Assembly (NCBI GenBank): GCA_041660505.1
Contig: JBAZWG010000001.1
Span: 541,776-605,775 of the forward strand
Length of the DNA stretch: 64,000 nucleotides
Source: Minisyncoccota bacterium
GTDB taxonomy: Bacteria > Patescibacteriota > Minisyncoccia > Phycocordibacterales > JACRKE01
Direction of reading: 5' to 3'
This document shows, one piece after another, positions 36,801-45,312 of the stretch. The notes under the pieces are model-generated. The model saw only the letters and a program-made list of their open reading frames with translations. It did no database searches and had not been told where the DNA came from. The translations under genes and the position numbers were made by a program. Every line of letters starts with the position of its first letter. Within the stretch, counting starts at the first letter, position 1.

Positions 36801-37606
36801 CGAAGGATATCGACAAGCTCATTACGATCAAGGCTGACCTCGCCCAGGTTGGTACCAACCAATCCGGTACACAAGGTCACTTAGTCAAGCTTGACTTCTT
36901 GAATGCGGAAGGTACTGGAGTTCAATCAGGCTCGACTCTCGAAGCTACAGGTTCGACCGCTGTAGGCGGTCTCCGTGTCTTCAAGTCATATCCGACAGTT
37001 GCTATTGACACTCTCTCTGTAACAGGAGGAGGAGTCGCTTCTGACGGTAACCTGATCCGCTTCAAGGTAACAGCATCACCTTCAGGCGATGTGGCTCTCA
37101 CGAGCTTCAATGTCAAGTTTGCAACGACATCGGCAACGATCAGCAACTTGAATGCCTTTGCTTACACAGATGCAGCCTACTCACAAGGTGTGTCTGGAGT
37201 ATCAAACGGCGGCCAGTTGAAGAGCACGAACGTCTCATTGGCTGCATGGGCTGATAGTACAACAGTCATTGGTATGACTGTCACCGACAGCGCTGGAGTA
37301 GCAAGTTCTGTATCAATCCCAGCAGGTCAGACGCGCTACTTCCAGGTACATGGTACGGTTACCCCGTCGACGACAACCTATTCGGTTGGTACGACGCTCT
37401 TGGGTGACAATGCCTATCCCGGATTAGCGACCACATTCATGGCGAATGCCGCGGTTGTTGAGGCTGGTGTAAGCGGTACTAATAACGACTTCGTATGGTC
37501 ACCGAATGCGACCACGACTTCGATACGTACTGCAAATGACTGGACGAACGGTTACCAGATCCCTGGTTTGCCTACCTCCGGATTGTCCCAGAACCGCACG
37601 AACTAG
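33854..37606 (+). CDS. Giant cell-surface (S-layer-like) protein with N-terminal coiled coil and peptidoglycan-binding domain
   Basis: 1250 aa. Signal/anchor MSRKF..GLTGLMTAVVMVGGALVVPASA, coiled coil, then a PG_binding_1-like segment (GADVKALQELLNQ...YFGPATKRAVIKFQEKY). Thr-rich linkers with a duplicated PAGCTSASGFSPTTGQSCA unit precede about 900 aa of beta-rich repeats. Confidence 0.75.
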   Translation: MSRKFKNSKVTKVISGLTGLMTAVVMVGGALVVPASAATAAELQSQIDALLSQVQTLQGQAEGGGSASSGYTFSKNLLLGSTGADVKALQELLNQDSDTQVSVTGAGSPGAETSYFGPATKRAVIKFQEKYADEILAPIGLAHGTGTVGPATRAKLNEWSGTVSSTDTTTSTFPAGCTSASGFSPTTGQSCASGTTTTTTTTLPAGCTSASGFSPTTGQSCAGGTTTTTTTTGAGTLTVSSATQPMNSLAPKGTSRVPFTTFTLTAGASDVSVTGVTVQRAGLAQDAAFAGVVLLSSDGTQLGIAKTLNSDHTATVGDPFTVKAGTSATYTIAGNMAADETSYAGQVAQLNVMGIQTAATVSGTFPILGAQQTINNTLSVGTATFAASSFDPNTAQSKQIGETAYKFSGLRVTAGSAERVILKSVRWYQSGSAASGDLANVITKVDGDSTLYPTTVSADGKYYTTIFGTSGLLIDKGLSKDLYVTGDLVGAGSSGRTVEFDVYKNTDIYMTGETYGYGIIGTATANCNAVASTATTASEFINSSTSCASSGTIGTPFYSASVLTISAGSVTSLQKATSVPSQNIAVNVPNQILGGYIVDLKGEPVAVQSHVFTIASSTAVAGNGVLTSVTLVDENGAVVAGPVDGVSATGNTPTQTVTFTDTVTYKIGAHTYTLKGKVPSTASTGNTYQVSSFTLSSATGQTTGNTITFPAGTALNTMTVKSGALAVSVSSQPVAQSIVSGGTNVLLANYQLDASQSGEDVRFSSLTGTLTSTGTEFATTSLTNCQIYNDAGVSITTGSNVVNPTATTIAWTFDNSYTVTKGTTKTLSAKCNLSTAAVAGNIVSLGLAASALGTATGQTSGNTVGTTYSASVGPAMTIAAGSFAVSQDSSAPSYTVVGSSANVPATGIVANVLRFRATNEGVNLTKLGIQLTNATVASSSSSDLLQYTVWDGSTLLGTQTITGSASFATTTLTLMNPAGVPLPKDIDKLITIKADLAQVGTNQSGTQGHLVKLDFLNAEGTGVQSGSTLEATGSTAVGGLRVFKSYPTVAIDTLSVTGGGVASDGNLIRFKVTASPSGDVALTSFNVKFATTSATISNLNAFAYTDAAYSQGVSGVSNGGQLKSTNVSLAAWADSTTVIGMTVTDSAGVASSVSIPAGQTRYFQVHGTVTPSTTTYSVGTTLLGDNAYPGLATTFMANAAVVEAGVSGTNNDFVWSPNATTTSIRTANDWTNGYQIPGLPTSGLSQNRTN
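34371..34550 (+). repeat. Near-perfect 90-bp tandem duplication inside the giant surface-protein gene
   Basis: ccggctgtacatcagctagtggcttcagtccgacaaccggacagtc occurs at 34377..34422 and again at 34467..34512. Each copy encodes PAGCTSASGFSPTTGQSC followed by a poly-Thr stretch. Confidence 0.85.
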
Positions 37607-37689
37607 TCTTAAATTCTTACCCCTTGCTTGTGACTTGGGATAAGACTTCAAATATCGATTCACAGGTCTAGAACCTAGTGATAGATACC

Positions 37690-37727
37690 AAAACCCCCTC
37701 CGACGGAATGTCGGAGGGGGTTTTGTG
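37690..37727 (+). terminator. Rho-independent terminator after the giant surface-protein gene
   Basis: aaaaccccctccgac-ggaat-gtcggagggggtttt gives a 15-bp stem, then ttttgtgttt. Confidence 0.6.
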
Positions 37728-37730
37728 TTT

Positions 37731-37822
37731 GGCCCCACCCCTGCCCCTCCCCGAAGGAGAGGGGGAAACCGAAATCTGAATTTTCTTCCCTCTCCTTCGG
37801 GGAGGGAATGAGGGAGGGGCTA
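37731..37822. repeat. GC-rich palindromic element, family G copy G2
   Basis: ggccccacccctgcccctccccgaaggagaggggg ... ccctctccttcggggagggaatgagggagggg. Confidence 0.7.
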
Positions 37823-37960
37823 ATCCCAAGAGTTAACAACACACTTATCCACACATTACAATTAGATATCTTGGCAAAACAAGAGTACAATGGAACTGCA
37901 TTCGCGAATAAAAAGTTTCGCGGGCGTTATATTAGCAATTTAGTAATTAATTAGAAAATT

Positions 37961-39037
37961 ATGTCTAGAATTTTCAAGAGAGGCGATGTGCTCAAGACCT
38001 CCCTTACGGTTCTTGGGTCCCTCTTGCTCACAGCAGGAGTTGTGGGTGCGGCAACGACTATCAGTACCAATATTAGTACTGGCGGTACGCTCACTGTTAT
38101 AGGTGCGACGGCAGGTTACGGTGCGGCGACTTTTGGCGGTACTGGTACTACTACGATTAGTACAGCTGGCGCGCTAACAGCACCTTCAGCTATTATTATT
38201 GGTACCACTTCTGGCTATGGTGTCGCAGCATTCGGTGCTACGGGCACCACCACAATCGCCACAAATGGTAATGCATCAACGACTGCTACTGTTCTGGCAA
38301 AGGTATTACAAATTACCCCTGGCCAGAGTATTGATACGACCGCGGCCGGCTCTCTCTCGTTTGGCCCGACAAACATGACATCACTCTTGATTACACCAGC
38401 CACCACACACATTGGTGCTGTTAGCGGTTACGGAGCAGCCGCTTTCGGTGCAACTGGTACAACGACATTGGGTACTGATGGTACGGCGTCGACAACAGGC
38501 ACAGTCAGTGTTCCTTCATTGGCTGTCACTGCAGGTGGCAGTATCGATGCCAAGGCCGCAGGCACATTGTTAATCGGTGGTACGAATGCAACTACAATTA
38601 CAATTGGACAATCAGGACAGCGAGTCTCGTTGGCCGGTAATGCTACCACCACAGGAACTTTCGGTGTTACGGGCAATACGATTCTTTCTACTGCCTCAAC
38701 GACAGGATTAGTACAAGTTGGCAGCTTGCAGGTTAACGGCGGTAGCCCGGGTACAACAATCAATGGCATCGTCTTTGGTACATGTGACATGGCTGCCGCA
38801 GCCGCCCCCGCAGCTACGTCATCAGCATCATTTACTTGTACTCAAACCGGAGCAACGACTGTCACTACCAGTCACCGTATATTTATCATGGCCACAAGTT
38901 CCATCCCGGTCAACTTCCGTATTGCCGCCGCCTCTTCGACTGGCGCTGGGACTATTGGTGTTGACGTGGTGAACAGCGGTATTATCGCAGGTACTACTTT
39001 CGGTCCGTACTCCTTTAACTTCATAGGTATTCGATAA
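37961..39037 (+). CDS. Secreted Gly/Thr/Ala-rich repeat protein (fibrous surface protein candidate)
   Basis: 358 aa. N-terminal signal/anchor. Four copies of the SGYGAAAFGATGTTT-type motif. Confidence 0.55.
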   Translation: MSRIFKRGDVLKTSLTVLGSLLLTAGVVGAATTISTNISTGGTLTVIGATAGYGAATFGGTGTTTISTAGALTAPSAIIIGTTSGYGVAAFGATGTTTIATNGNASTTATVLAKVLQITPGQSIDTTAAGSLSFGPTNMTSLLITPATTHIGAVSGYGAAAFGATGTTTLGTDGTASTTGTVSVPSLAVTAGGSIDAKAAGTLLIGGTNATTITIGQSGQRVSLAGNATTTGTFGVTGNTILSTASTTGLVQVGSLQVNGGSPGTTINGIVFGTCDMAAAAAPAATSSASFTCTQTGATTVTTSHRIFIMATSSIPVNFRIAAASSTGAGTIGVDVVNSGIIAGTTFGPYSFNFIGIR

Positions 39038-39073
39038 TCATTGGTACTCTATTAATTACTAACTAGTACCATA

Positions 39074-39997
39074 ATGATTAAAAAATACATAGCAGCTACA
39101 GTCGGGTTGCTCTTGGCCATGCCGTTTACGGCCTTGGCAGCAGCAGATGACGTAACGCTCACGACTGACGTATCAATCGTCACTGGCGGAGTCACGTTCA
39201 ACGTCAGTGGATCAAGCGCTACAATCTCAACGCTTTCGGTCAATGCCTCCAACTTCGCAGTAACTCTTGGTAACGGTTCATCAGTTACGGTAAAAACGGC
39301 AGATAGTTCTCAAATCGGTGACGATGCGCCAAGCGCCAATCTTTCGTCAAGCACTTGTGTCCCGGGCAATTCTACAAAGACATATACTGCGACAGGTGTT
39401 GTGACCGTCACCGTCTTTCCAACAAGTATCATTTGTAGTAGCGGTAGTGGCGGAAGCTCTACGCCAACCCCCACGCCAGTCGTTTCTTCCGGCGGCGGCT
39501 CGGTGTCTACAACCCCAGTAATTACGATACCCGCAGTTGTTCCGCCAGTGGTGGTTCCTCCGGTCGTTGTTCCGCCGGTAACACAGACTCCGAATGTTCC
39601 GGCAATCGTGAATGCTAATCCGTCAAAAGTGGCAGTAGCAGTATCGCCGGTATTCACCAGAGCTCTTGCTAAGAATCAGACACATGCTGATGCCAAACGC
39701 TTGCAACAGCTTCTCTCGCTTGACCTAGGTGTTGCGGTAAAGACTACAGGCAAGTTCGATACTGCGACACAGAACGCGCTTAAGAAGTTCCAGGTCAAGT
39801 ATAAGATTGCGAAGTCTGGTCAAGTTGGCTATGGCACATTCGGGCCAGCCACTCGAGCCAAGATGGCAGAGCTCTTCGAGCTTCAGAAGTCTGTTGTTGC
39901 GGCCACATCTTCTACTTCAGCAAGCAGACTTGCGCTTATCAAGACCCTGCTTGATAAGATCAAAGAGCTCCAAGCACAGCTCAAGCTAATGCAGTAA
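39074..39997 (+). CDS. Secreted protein with Pro-rich linker, C-terminal peptidoglycan-binding domain and coiled coil
   Basis: 307 aa. Signal peptide MIKKYIAATVGLLLAMPFTALAAA, a PPVVVPPVVVPPV linker, then a PG_binding_1-like segment (KRLQQLLSLDLGV...YGTFGPATRAKMAELF). Confidence 0.6.
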   Translation: MIKKYIAATVGLLLAMPFTALAAADDVTLTTDVSIVTGGVTFNVSGSSATISTLSVNASNFAVTLGNGSSVTVKTADSSQIGDDAPSANLSSSTCVPGNSTKTYTATGVVTVTVFPTSIICSSGSGGSSTPTPTPVVSSGGGSVSTTPVITIPAVVPPVVVPPVVVPPVTQTPNVPAIVNANPSKVAVAVSPVFTRALAKNQTHADAKRLQQLLSLDLGVAVKTTGKFDTATQNALKKFQVKYKIAKSGQVGYGTFGPATRAKMAELFELQKSVVAATSSTSASRLALIKTLLDKIKELQAQLKLMQ

Positions 39998-40017
39998 ACT
40001 AAGAAGAAATAACACAA

Positions 40018-40060
40018 AAACTCCCTTGCCATGTCAAATCTGGCGGGGAGTTTTTGTTTG
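40018..40060 (+). terminator. Terminator-like hairpin after 39074..39997
   Basis: aaaaactccc...ggggagttttt imperfect stem followed by a T-run. Confidence 0.4.
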
Positions 40061-40075
40061 TGCTAATATATTGCC

Positions 40076-40909
40076 ATGACACAGAAAATAACATTTAGCA
40101 TTGTCGCCGGTATTATAGTCGGACTCGCCAGTTCTTATATGATGTATGGTGGCAAGAAGCCCGCACAAACAAACACTGCGAGCACTGAACAAACGGCTAC
40201 AACATCGACAGCGAAGAAAAAGAAAACAGTGACAGTCGGCGGAATAACCTTCGAGACCGACGCAGATAACCCAAGCACGATTACGCTCGAACAAGTGCCT
40301 GCTGGCCAATTGCCGAAACCTGTGCCCACGCTTAGCGATGCTGTTACTTTTTCGGCGACAGCGAATGTAAGCCCTGATGCGCAGAAGATAATCCGCACAC
40401 AAATTACAGATCTCGTAAAAAAGTTGACCGCAAATCCAGGCGATTTTAACAGCTGGCTGTCAATTGGCCTCTACCGCAAGATGGCGGGGGATTACACCAA
40501 GGCACGCGATATGTGGGAGTATGCGAAGAAATTACAGCCAACGGATAAGCAGGCCTATAACAATTTAGGCGATCTCTATCAATATTATTTGAAAGATTCC
40601 GCGCAGGCGGAACTGAATTGGAAGAAGACTGTCGAGCTTGACCCGAAGTTCATTGCCGGATACCGCAGTCTTTATGACTTGTATACCCAGAATAAGCAGA
40701 ACGACAAAGCCAAGGCGATCTTGGATGTCGGCTTGCAAAAAAATCCGCGCAGTATCGACTTGCTGGTGTTGACCGCCCAGTTTTATAAAAACATCGGACA
40801 GAAAGATGTCGCAAAGACATTTTATGAGAAAGCACTAGTAGAAGCAAAAGCCATTCCCGAGGATGCAAGCATGATACCGTCCATTCAGGCAGAGATAGAC
40901 GCGCTATAA
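40076..40909 (+). CDS. Membrane-anchored TPR-repeat protein
   Basis: 277 aa. N-terminal TM, then TPR-like repeats (WLSIGLYRKMAGDYTKARDMWEYAKKLQP..AYNNLGDLYQYY..). Confidence 0.65.
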   Translation: MTQKITFSIVAGIIVGLASSYMMYGGKKPAQTNTASTEQTATTSTAKKKKTVTVGGITFETDADNPSTITLEQVPAGQLPKPVPTLSDAVTFSATANVSPDAQKIIRTQITDLVKKLTANPGDFNSWLSIGLYRKMAGDYTKARDMWEYAKKLQPTDKQAYNNLGDLYQYYLKDSAQAELNWKKTVELDPKFIAGYRSLYDLYTQNKQNDKAKAILDVGLQKNPRSIDLLVLTAQFYKNIGQKDVAKTFYEKALVEAKAIPEDASMIPSIQAEIDAL

Positions 40910-40913
40910 ATTT

Positions 40914-42254
40914 ATGCCGAAACACCTCACTCTGATCGGACTTCTCGGGGTGGTGCTCATGGGGAATATTGCGCAAGCTTCTGTAACTAATATCTCATTC
41001 AGTAATGAACAGCAGAATGTTGCTGTCGGTGTATCTTCGGATAAAATCACTATTCAAGCTAACGACAAACTCCCTGAAACCGGGGATCTGTATCTGACCA
41101 CATCTTCATTTACCGGGCAATTTTCTTCTAATAGTACCGATTGGCAACTCATTGAGAAAGTAACGATGAGTAAGAATACTGCCAACAGAACAGTGTATTA
41201 CAAAGATAGTACAGCCGGTAATTATACACTCACGGCGCGGTTAGTACTGCGTACAAGTGGCACTTCTTGGACAGCGACACAACCGATAACTGTGGGTAGT
41301 GTAGTCGAAACAGCGACGACGACCCAGGTCTCGGCTACGACTACTGAACAGACAGCTTCCACCACCACAGAAATAATAGAGTCACAGACAGCACTCTCCG
41401 CGATCTCCGCACACGACAGCGCTTTGCCGACGAGCGACGATATTAAAATAAAATTACAGCTTGTCGCTGATGCCGGGCGCGAGCGCATTGCTGTAACTCA
41501 TGCGCCAATTACTTTTTCATCTTCAGCGGTTGATCAGGCTGGAAAGAAAGTTACTTCGCTTGATACCGTGTGGTCATTCGGTGATGGTACTACGGCGCAT
41601 GGAGAAAATATTGAGCATGCTTACGGCTACCCCGGCGATTATGTGGTCATCATGAACACGCAGAAGTCGGACTTGGCGGCGGTTGATAGGACGTTGGTAC
41701 ACGTGGCGCCAGCGCAAATAATGATAACTCACGCACAAGCCGGTATTCAGAATGCCAACGTTGAGATCTTTAATCAAGGCAAGACAGAAGTTAATCTCGC
41801 GCGCTGGTCACTCGCGTCCGGTATGAATTCGTACGTTTTCCCTCGTGATACGATAATTCTGGCCGGCAAACATATCACACTGCCATATTCGGTTACGAAA
41901 TTGACGATTGAAGATCACACGTCTGTTGTTTTGCTTACTCCGGGCCAAGAAACAATGCACACATTCATTAAAAAACCAGAACAATACTTGGCGGTGAATA
42001 GTAAGGTACCGGCCATAGCCACTTCTTCTGTAAACATAATTAATAAGCCGACTCTTGCTGACGTACGGCGAGCGCTCGTGGCACTAGAGAAGAAAATTGC
42101 ACCAATGGATATTCGCCCCGTTGCAATTACGGTGCCGGTTAAGCGAGAAATTGTGACAGTAAAAGCGGTAGCCACCTCGTCTGTCCCCAAAATTATCACC
42201 GTGAAGAAACCCACAGGATTTTTTGCCAATATTATGTCATTATTTAACAAATAA
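40914..42254 (+). CDS. Secreted protein with PKD-like and lamin-tail-like (LTD) domains
   Basis: 446 aa. Signal peptide. PKD motif VWSFGDGTTAHGENIEHAYGYPGDYVV. LTD-like segment VEIFNQGKTEVNLARWSL. Confidence 0.55.
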   Translation: MPKHLTLIGLLGVVLMGNIAQASVTNISFSNEQQNVAVGVSSDKITIQANDKLPETGDLYLTTSSFTGQFSSNSTDWQLIEKVTMSKNTANRTVYYKDSTAGNYTLTARLVLRTSGTSWTATQPITVGSVVETATTTQVSATTTEQTASTTTEIIESQTALSAISAHDSALPTSDDIKIKLQLVADAGRERIAVTHAPITFSSSAVDQAGKKVTSLDTVWSFGDGTTAHGENIEHAYGYPGDYVVIMNTQKSDLAAVDRTLVHVAPAQIMITHAQAGIQNANVEIFNQGKTEVNLARWSLASGMNSYVFPRDTIILAGKHITLPYSVTKLTIEDHTSVVLLTPGQETMHTFIKKPEQYLAVNSKVPAIATSSVNIINKPTLADVRRALVALEKKIAPMDIRPVAITVPVKREIVTVKAVATSSVPKIITVKKPTGFFANIMSLFNK

Positions 42255-42433
42255 ACATGAAATTTTTAGACCACACCTTTTGGAAGTTCACTATTGCATT
42301 TATCGTTATCATTGTGGTAGTTTTGGGTATTACCAAGTACGTGACAGATTATGAGGACACTACTCAAACAGCGCCTTCCTACACCGCCAAGTGATTACTA
42401 AAAACTAATAACTACAAACTAAAAACTAAATAT

Positions 42434-42934
42434 ATGAGCGATTCGAATAAACTCGTTCTCACCGCTATCATAGGCATTTTCATCGGCTTGATATTCGGTC
42501 GTTTGCTCTGGTACAGCAAGACAGCGGAAATAAACAACGAGCCATCAAGTGAGGCAACAAGTACAAGCGAGGTCACAAAACAAGAAGCGTCTGTCAGCGA
42601 GTCAAACCCCGTCTCCACTCAAGGTCTGAATAGCGTCAGTGTAGAGAATCAGCCAGCGGGTAAAAGCGTACAGGTTACAATAACCGCCGACCAGACTGTT
42701 TGGGTAGAGGTACGTGATAACAACAACGGCGCCACGGGCAAGGTATTGGGCGCTAAACATTTCGCCGCCGGAAGCAGTTTGGCGGTTGTGCCGCTGCAAC
42801 GCGCCACTGAGTCCGGCTCATCATATTTCGTTGCGTTAGTGCCGTACAGTTCAGATACCCTCGACTACTCTGCCTCCGCTATCATGAAAGATTCTTCGGA
42901 TCAACCCATTTCTGCAAGCTTTACCGCGGAGTAG
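42434..42934 (+). CDS. Hypothetical membrane-anchored Ser/Thr-rich protein
   Basis: 166 aa. N-terminal TM LVLTAIIGIFIGLIFGRLLW, then a low-complexity linker and a small beta domain. Confidence 0.45.
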   Translation: MSDSNKLVLTAIIGIFIGLIFGRLLWYSKTAEINNEPSSEATSTSEVTKQEASVSESNPVSTQGLNSVSVENQPAGKSVQVTITADQTVWVEVRDNNNGATGKVLGAKHFAAGSSLAVVPLQRATESGSSYFVALVPYSSDTLDYSASAIMKDSSDQPISASFTAE

Positions 42935-42954
42935 ACTTCATAAAAAGTTCGTGC

Positions 42955-43080
42955 TATAGTAGCCGATGTAAGCCGTAGAAAGAAGGCATCCATAAGTCCT
43001 TCCGAGGCCCGCCTGCCAACGACTGGCACTGTCGGGCAGGTCGATTACAGCGGCTATTATTTTTTGGCCGTTTTTTATTA
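42955..43080 (+). promoter_or_regulatory. Ribosomal protein L10 (rplJ) leader, autoregulatory mimic of the 23S L10-binding site
   Basis: ccgatgtaagccgtagaaagaaggcatcc resembles the 23S GTPase-associated-centre sequence gatgttggcttagaagcagccatc. It is followed by the hairpin gcccgcctgcc...ggcaggtc and sits directly upstream of rplJ. Confidence 0.45.
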
Positions 43081-43085
43081 CAAAT

Positions 43086-43607
43086 ATGGCAATCAACAAA
43101 GAAAAGAAGACAGAGATATTGGCGACCTTGGCAGAGATGCTTAAAGACGCCCAATCGCTCGTCTTCGTCAAATTCAAAGGCGTTAAGGTGAACGACCAGA
43201 ACGCGATGCGCAAGTCGCTTCGCGAACAGGGCGTTGGCTATTACGTCGCGAAGAAGACTTTGGTCAAGCGCGCACTGCTTGATGCAAAGATAGAGGGCAC
43301 CTTGCCTGAGCTCGAAGGCGAGATGGCAGTGGCCTATAGTACGGACGCAGTTGCTCCTGCAAAAGGCATCGCGGAGTTCGTCAAGAAGTTCAAGGATGTG
43401 CTTGGTGTGGCTGGCGGTATGTTGGAGGGCAGATATCTTGCCATCGCCGAAGTTGAGGCGCTCGCCAAGATTCCTTCGCGCGAACAGCTCCTCGGCAAAT
43501 TGGTGAACGTCATGAACGCGCCGATTCAAGGCTTTGTCAGAACACTCAACGAAGTACCCGGATCATTTGTGCGTGTTCTTGATGGCGTGTCGAAAACTAA
43601 AAATTAA
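43086..43607 (+). CDS. rplJ: 50S ribosomal protein L10
   Basis: 173 aa. KKTEILATLAEMLKDAQSLVFVKFKGVKVND is typical of the L10 N-terminus. Confidence 0.9.
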   Translation: MAINKEKKTEILATLAEMLKDAQSLVFVKFKGVKVNDQNAMRKSLREQGVGYYVAKKTLVKRALLDAKIEGTLPELEGEMAVAYSTDAVAPAKGIAEFVKKFKDVLGVAGGMLEGRYLAIAEVEALAKIPSREQLLGKLVNVMNAPIQGFVRTLNEVPGSFVRVLDGVSKTKN

Positions 43608-43655
43608 GCCGACGCTTCGGTCGGCTCTCCGTACCTCGCCAGAGGCGAGCGTCGG
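43607..43655 (+). promoter_or_regulatory. Nested GC hairpins in the rplJ-rplL intergenic region
   Basis: gccgacgcttcggtcggc hairpin plus cctcgccagaggcgagcg, enclosed by a ccgacgc...gcgtcgg outer stem. Confidence 0.3.
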
Positions 43656-43678
43656 AGGAAATTAATCAATAAAATATT

Positions 43679-44059
43679 ATGGAAGTTCCAGCAAAATTCG
43701 CTGACATCGTCAGCAAGATCGAAACGATGAGTGTGCTCGACCTCTCAGAGCTCGTGCACATCTTGGAAGAGAAGTTCGGTGTGACTGCCCAAGCCGCAAT
43801 GATGGCCGCTCCGGCCGCAGCCGCAGCAGGTGCTCCGGCAGAAGAGAAGACTTCGTTCGACGTTGAGCTCACCTCGGCCGGCGAACAGAAAGTTGCCGTC
43901 ATTAAGGCAGTTAAAGACATCCTCGGTCTTGGTTTAAAGGAAGCCAAGGACATGGTAGACGGTGCCCCGGTCATGCTCAAAGCGGGCATGAAGAAGGAGG
44001 AAGCCGAAGCCGCCAAGAAGGCGATCGAGACAGCGGGAGGTAAAGTTACTCTAAAGTAA
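43679..44059 (+). CDS. rplL: 50S ribosomal protein L7/L12
   Basis: 126 aa. Ala-rich hinge [16 protein letters not shown]-terminal domain [27 protein letters not shown]. Confidence 0.95.
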   Translation: MEVPAKFADIVSKIETMSVLDLSELVHILEEKFGVTAQAAMMAAPAAAAAGAPAEEKTSFDVELTSAGEQKVAVIKAVKDILGLGLKEAKDMVDGAPVMLKAGMKKEEAEAAKKAIETAGGKVTLK

Positions 44060-44075
44060 CACTCAAGTAAATTCA

Positions 44076-44110
44076 GCCCCACCCCTGACCCCTCCCCCAA
44101 GGAGAGGGGA
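44076..44110. repeat. GC-rich palindromic element, family G half-copy G3
   Basis: gccccacccctgacccctcccccaaggagagggga, immediately after the rplL stop. Confidence 0.6.
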
Positions 44111-44119
44111 AAGATAAAA

Positions 44120-44153
44120 GAGAAAATCCGCCTTCGGGCGGATTTTCTCTTTG
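44120..44153 (+). terminator. Rho-independent terminator after rplL
   Basis: gagaaaatccgcc-ttcg-ggcggattttctc gives a perfect 13-bp stem, then tttgag. Confidence 0.7.
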
Positions 44154-44257
44154 AGCCAATAAGGTTTCTCCTCAGGCCAACCCAAGTCGCGCATAGAGCG
44201 ACAGGACAGAGGTGAGACCTTGGTGGCTCGGTTAGGAATTTGCTACAATAACCCGTA

Positions 44258-44725
44258 ATGATTACTTCAGATTTTGAGTTGGTAAAAGAAAAAGGTGAAG
44301 CTTTCTATAAGTCAGTTGGCGAAGTCTATTGTCCGTATCTCAAAGCAAAAGTTTCTTTCACAGCAGCAGGTCTTGAACATCTTAAATTTAAGCGTCACGA
44401 AAAGCCGCGTAATATCGAAGACCAATACATGAGATTTAAATTGCTCTCGCTTGCGCCAGAAATTCTCAAAGCATCGCATACACTACAGGGCATTCAGGAA
44501 ACAAAAAAGTTTGAACGCGTTCGTATGCACGGGAGAACCGAAAGCATTTTAAAACTCGTAACTTACTATGAATTTATTGCAGTGGTCAAAAGAAATCGCG
44601 TTAGGGTTATTTTAAAACAAATAGAAAGCGGGCAGTATTTCTTTTGGAGCTTGATACCATTCTGGGGCATGAACGAAATCACAAAATCGAGGATTTTACA
44701 TGATGGCGTTCCCGAAGAAGACTAA
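44258..44725 (+). CDS. Hypothetical protein
   Basis: 155 aa with no recognisable motif. Followed by a weak hairpin/T-run. Confidence 0.45.
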   Translation: MITSDFELVKEKGEAFYKSVGEVYCPYLKAKVSFTAAGLEHLKFKRHEKPRNIEDQYMRFKLLSLAPEILKASHTLQGIQETKKFERVRMHGRTESILKLVTYYEFIAVVKRNRVRVILKQIESGQYFFWSLIPFWGMNEITKSRILHDGVPEED

Positions 44726-44925
44726 AAACAAAAAACACCACGTTTTAAGTGATGTGTTTTGTCGGCGCTTGGCTACAGCTTGAGAGCCGTGAGAGGGCGA
44801 ACCCTCCAAACGCCGTACATACTATAACGCAGAGAGGCTGATTTTGATACTTGACTTAGTACAATTTATATTATATAGTTTTAGTGATCCTGTAATTATG
44901 ATGGAAAGAGCGAAAGGAGTCAGGA

Positions 44926-45210
44926 ATGAGCAGTCGAAAACTGAATTCCATTCTTCTCGTCCTGGAACGAGAGTCTGTGGCGGGAAACACCCGCAACGCC
45001 TTTACCGAAAGGTTGGAGGCGAGCGAGTTTTTGCCCCACGGGTTGCTGATGTTCATCAGCCCTGTTGTCGAAGAGGCGTGCAACAACCTCTCGGCAGAAC
45101 TCGGTCGTCCGGATATCATCTCTCGCCTGAAGGCACTGCCCTCTGGCGAGGTGTCTATCGCGAAGGCCGCCGAGATGCTCGACGAGGATCTCGGCTCCGC
45201 GCGGGAATAG
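44926..45210 (+). CDS. Small hypothetical protein (94 aa) in a high-GC patch with its own promoter-like, SD and terminator signals
   Basis: SD aaggag 6 nt before the ATG. Upstream TTGACT-17nt-TATAGT (44863..44891). Strong terminator at 45246..45280. GC content is well above the local background. Confidence 0.45.
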   Translation: MSSRKLNSILLVLERESVAGNTRNAFTERLEASEFLPHGLLMFISPVVEEACNNLSAELGRPDIISRLKALPSGEVSIAKAAEMLDEDLGSARE

Positions 45211-45245
45211 ACCCCGATTTCATGCCGGGCCAATAGCATGAAGGA

Positions 45246-45280
45246 AGCCCCCGATGCGACACGTGTCGGGGGCTTTTGAA
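45246..45280 (+). terminator. Rho-independent terminator
   Basis: agcccccgac-atgcgacacgt-gtcgggggct followed by tttgaatttt. Confidence 0.7.
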
Positions 45281-45312
45281 TTTTCCCTGAAATCGTGTAG
45301 TATAACCAGCCT

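Noticed and set aside
42954-43529. 191-aa minus-strand ORF antisense to rplJ
   Set aside because: It fully overlaps the well-supported L10 gene and its upstream leader. It has no motifs and is most likely a frame-shadow ORF.
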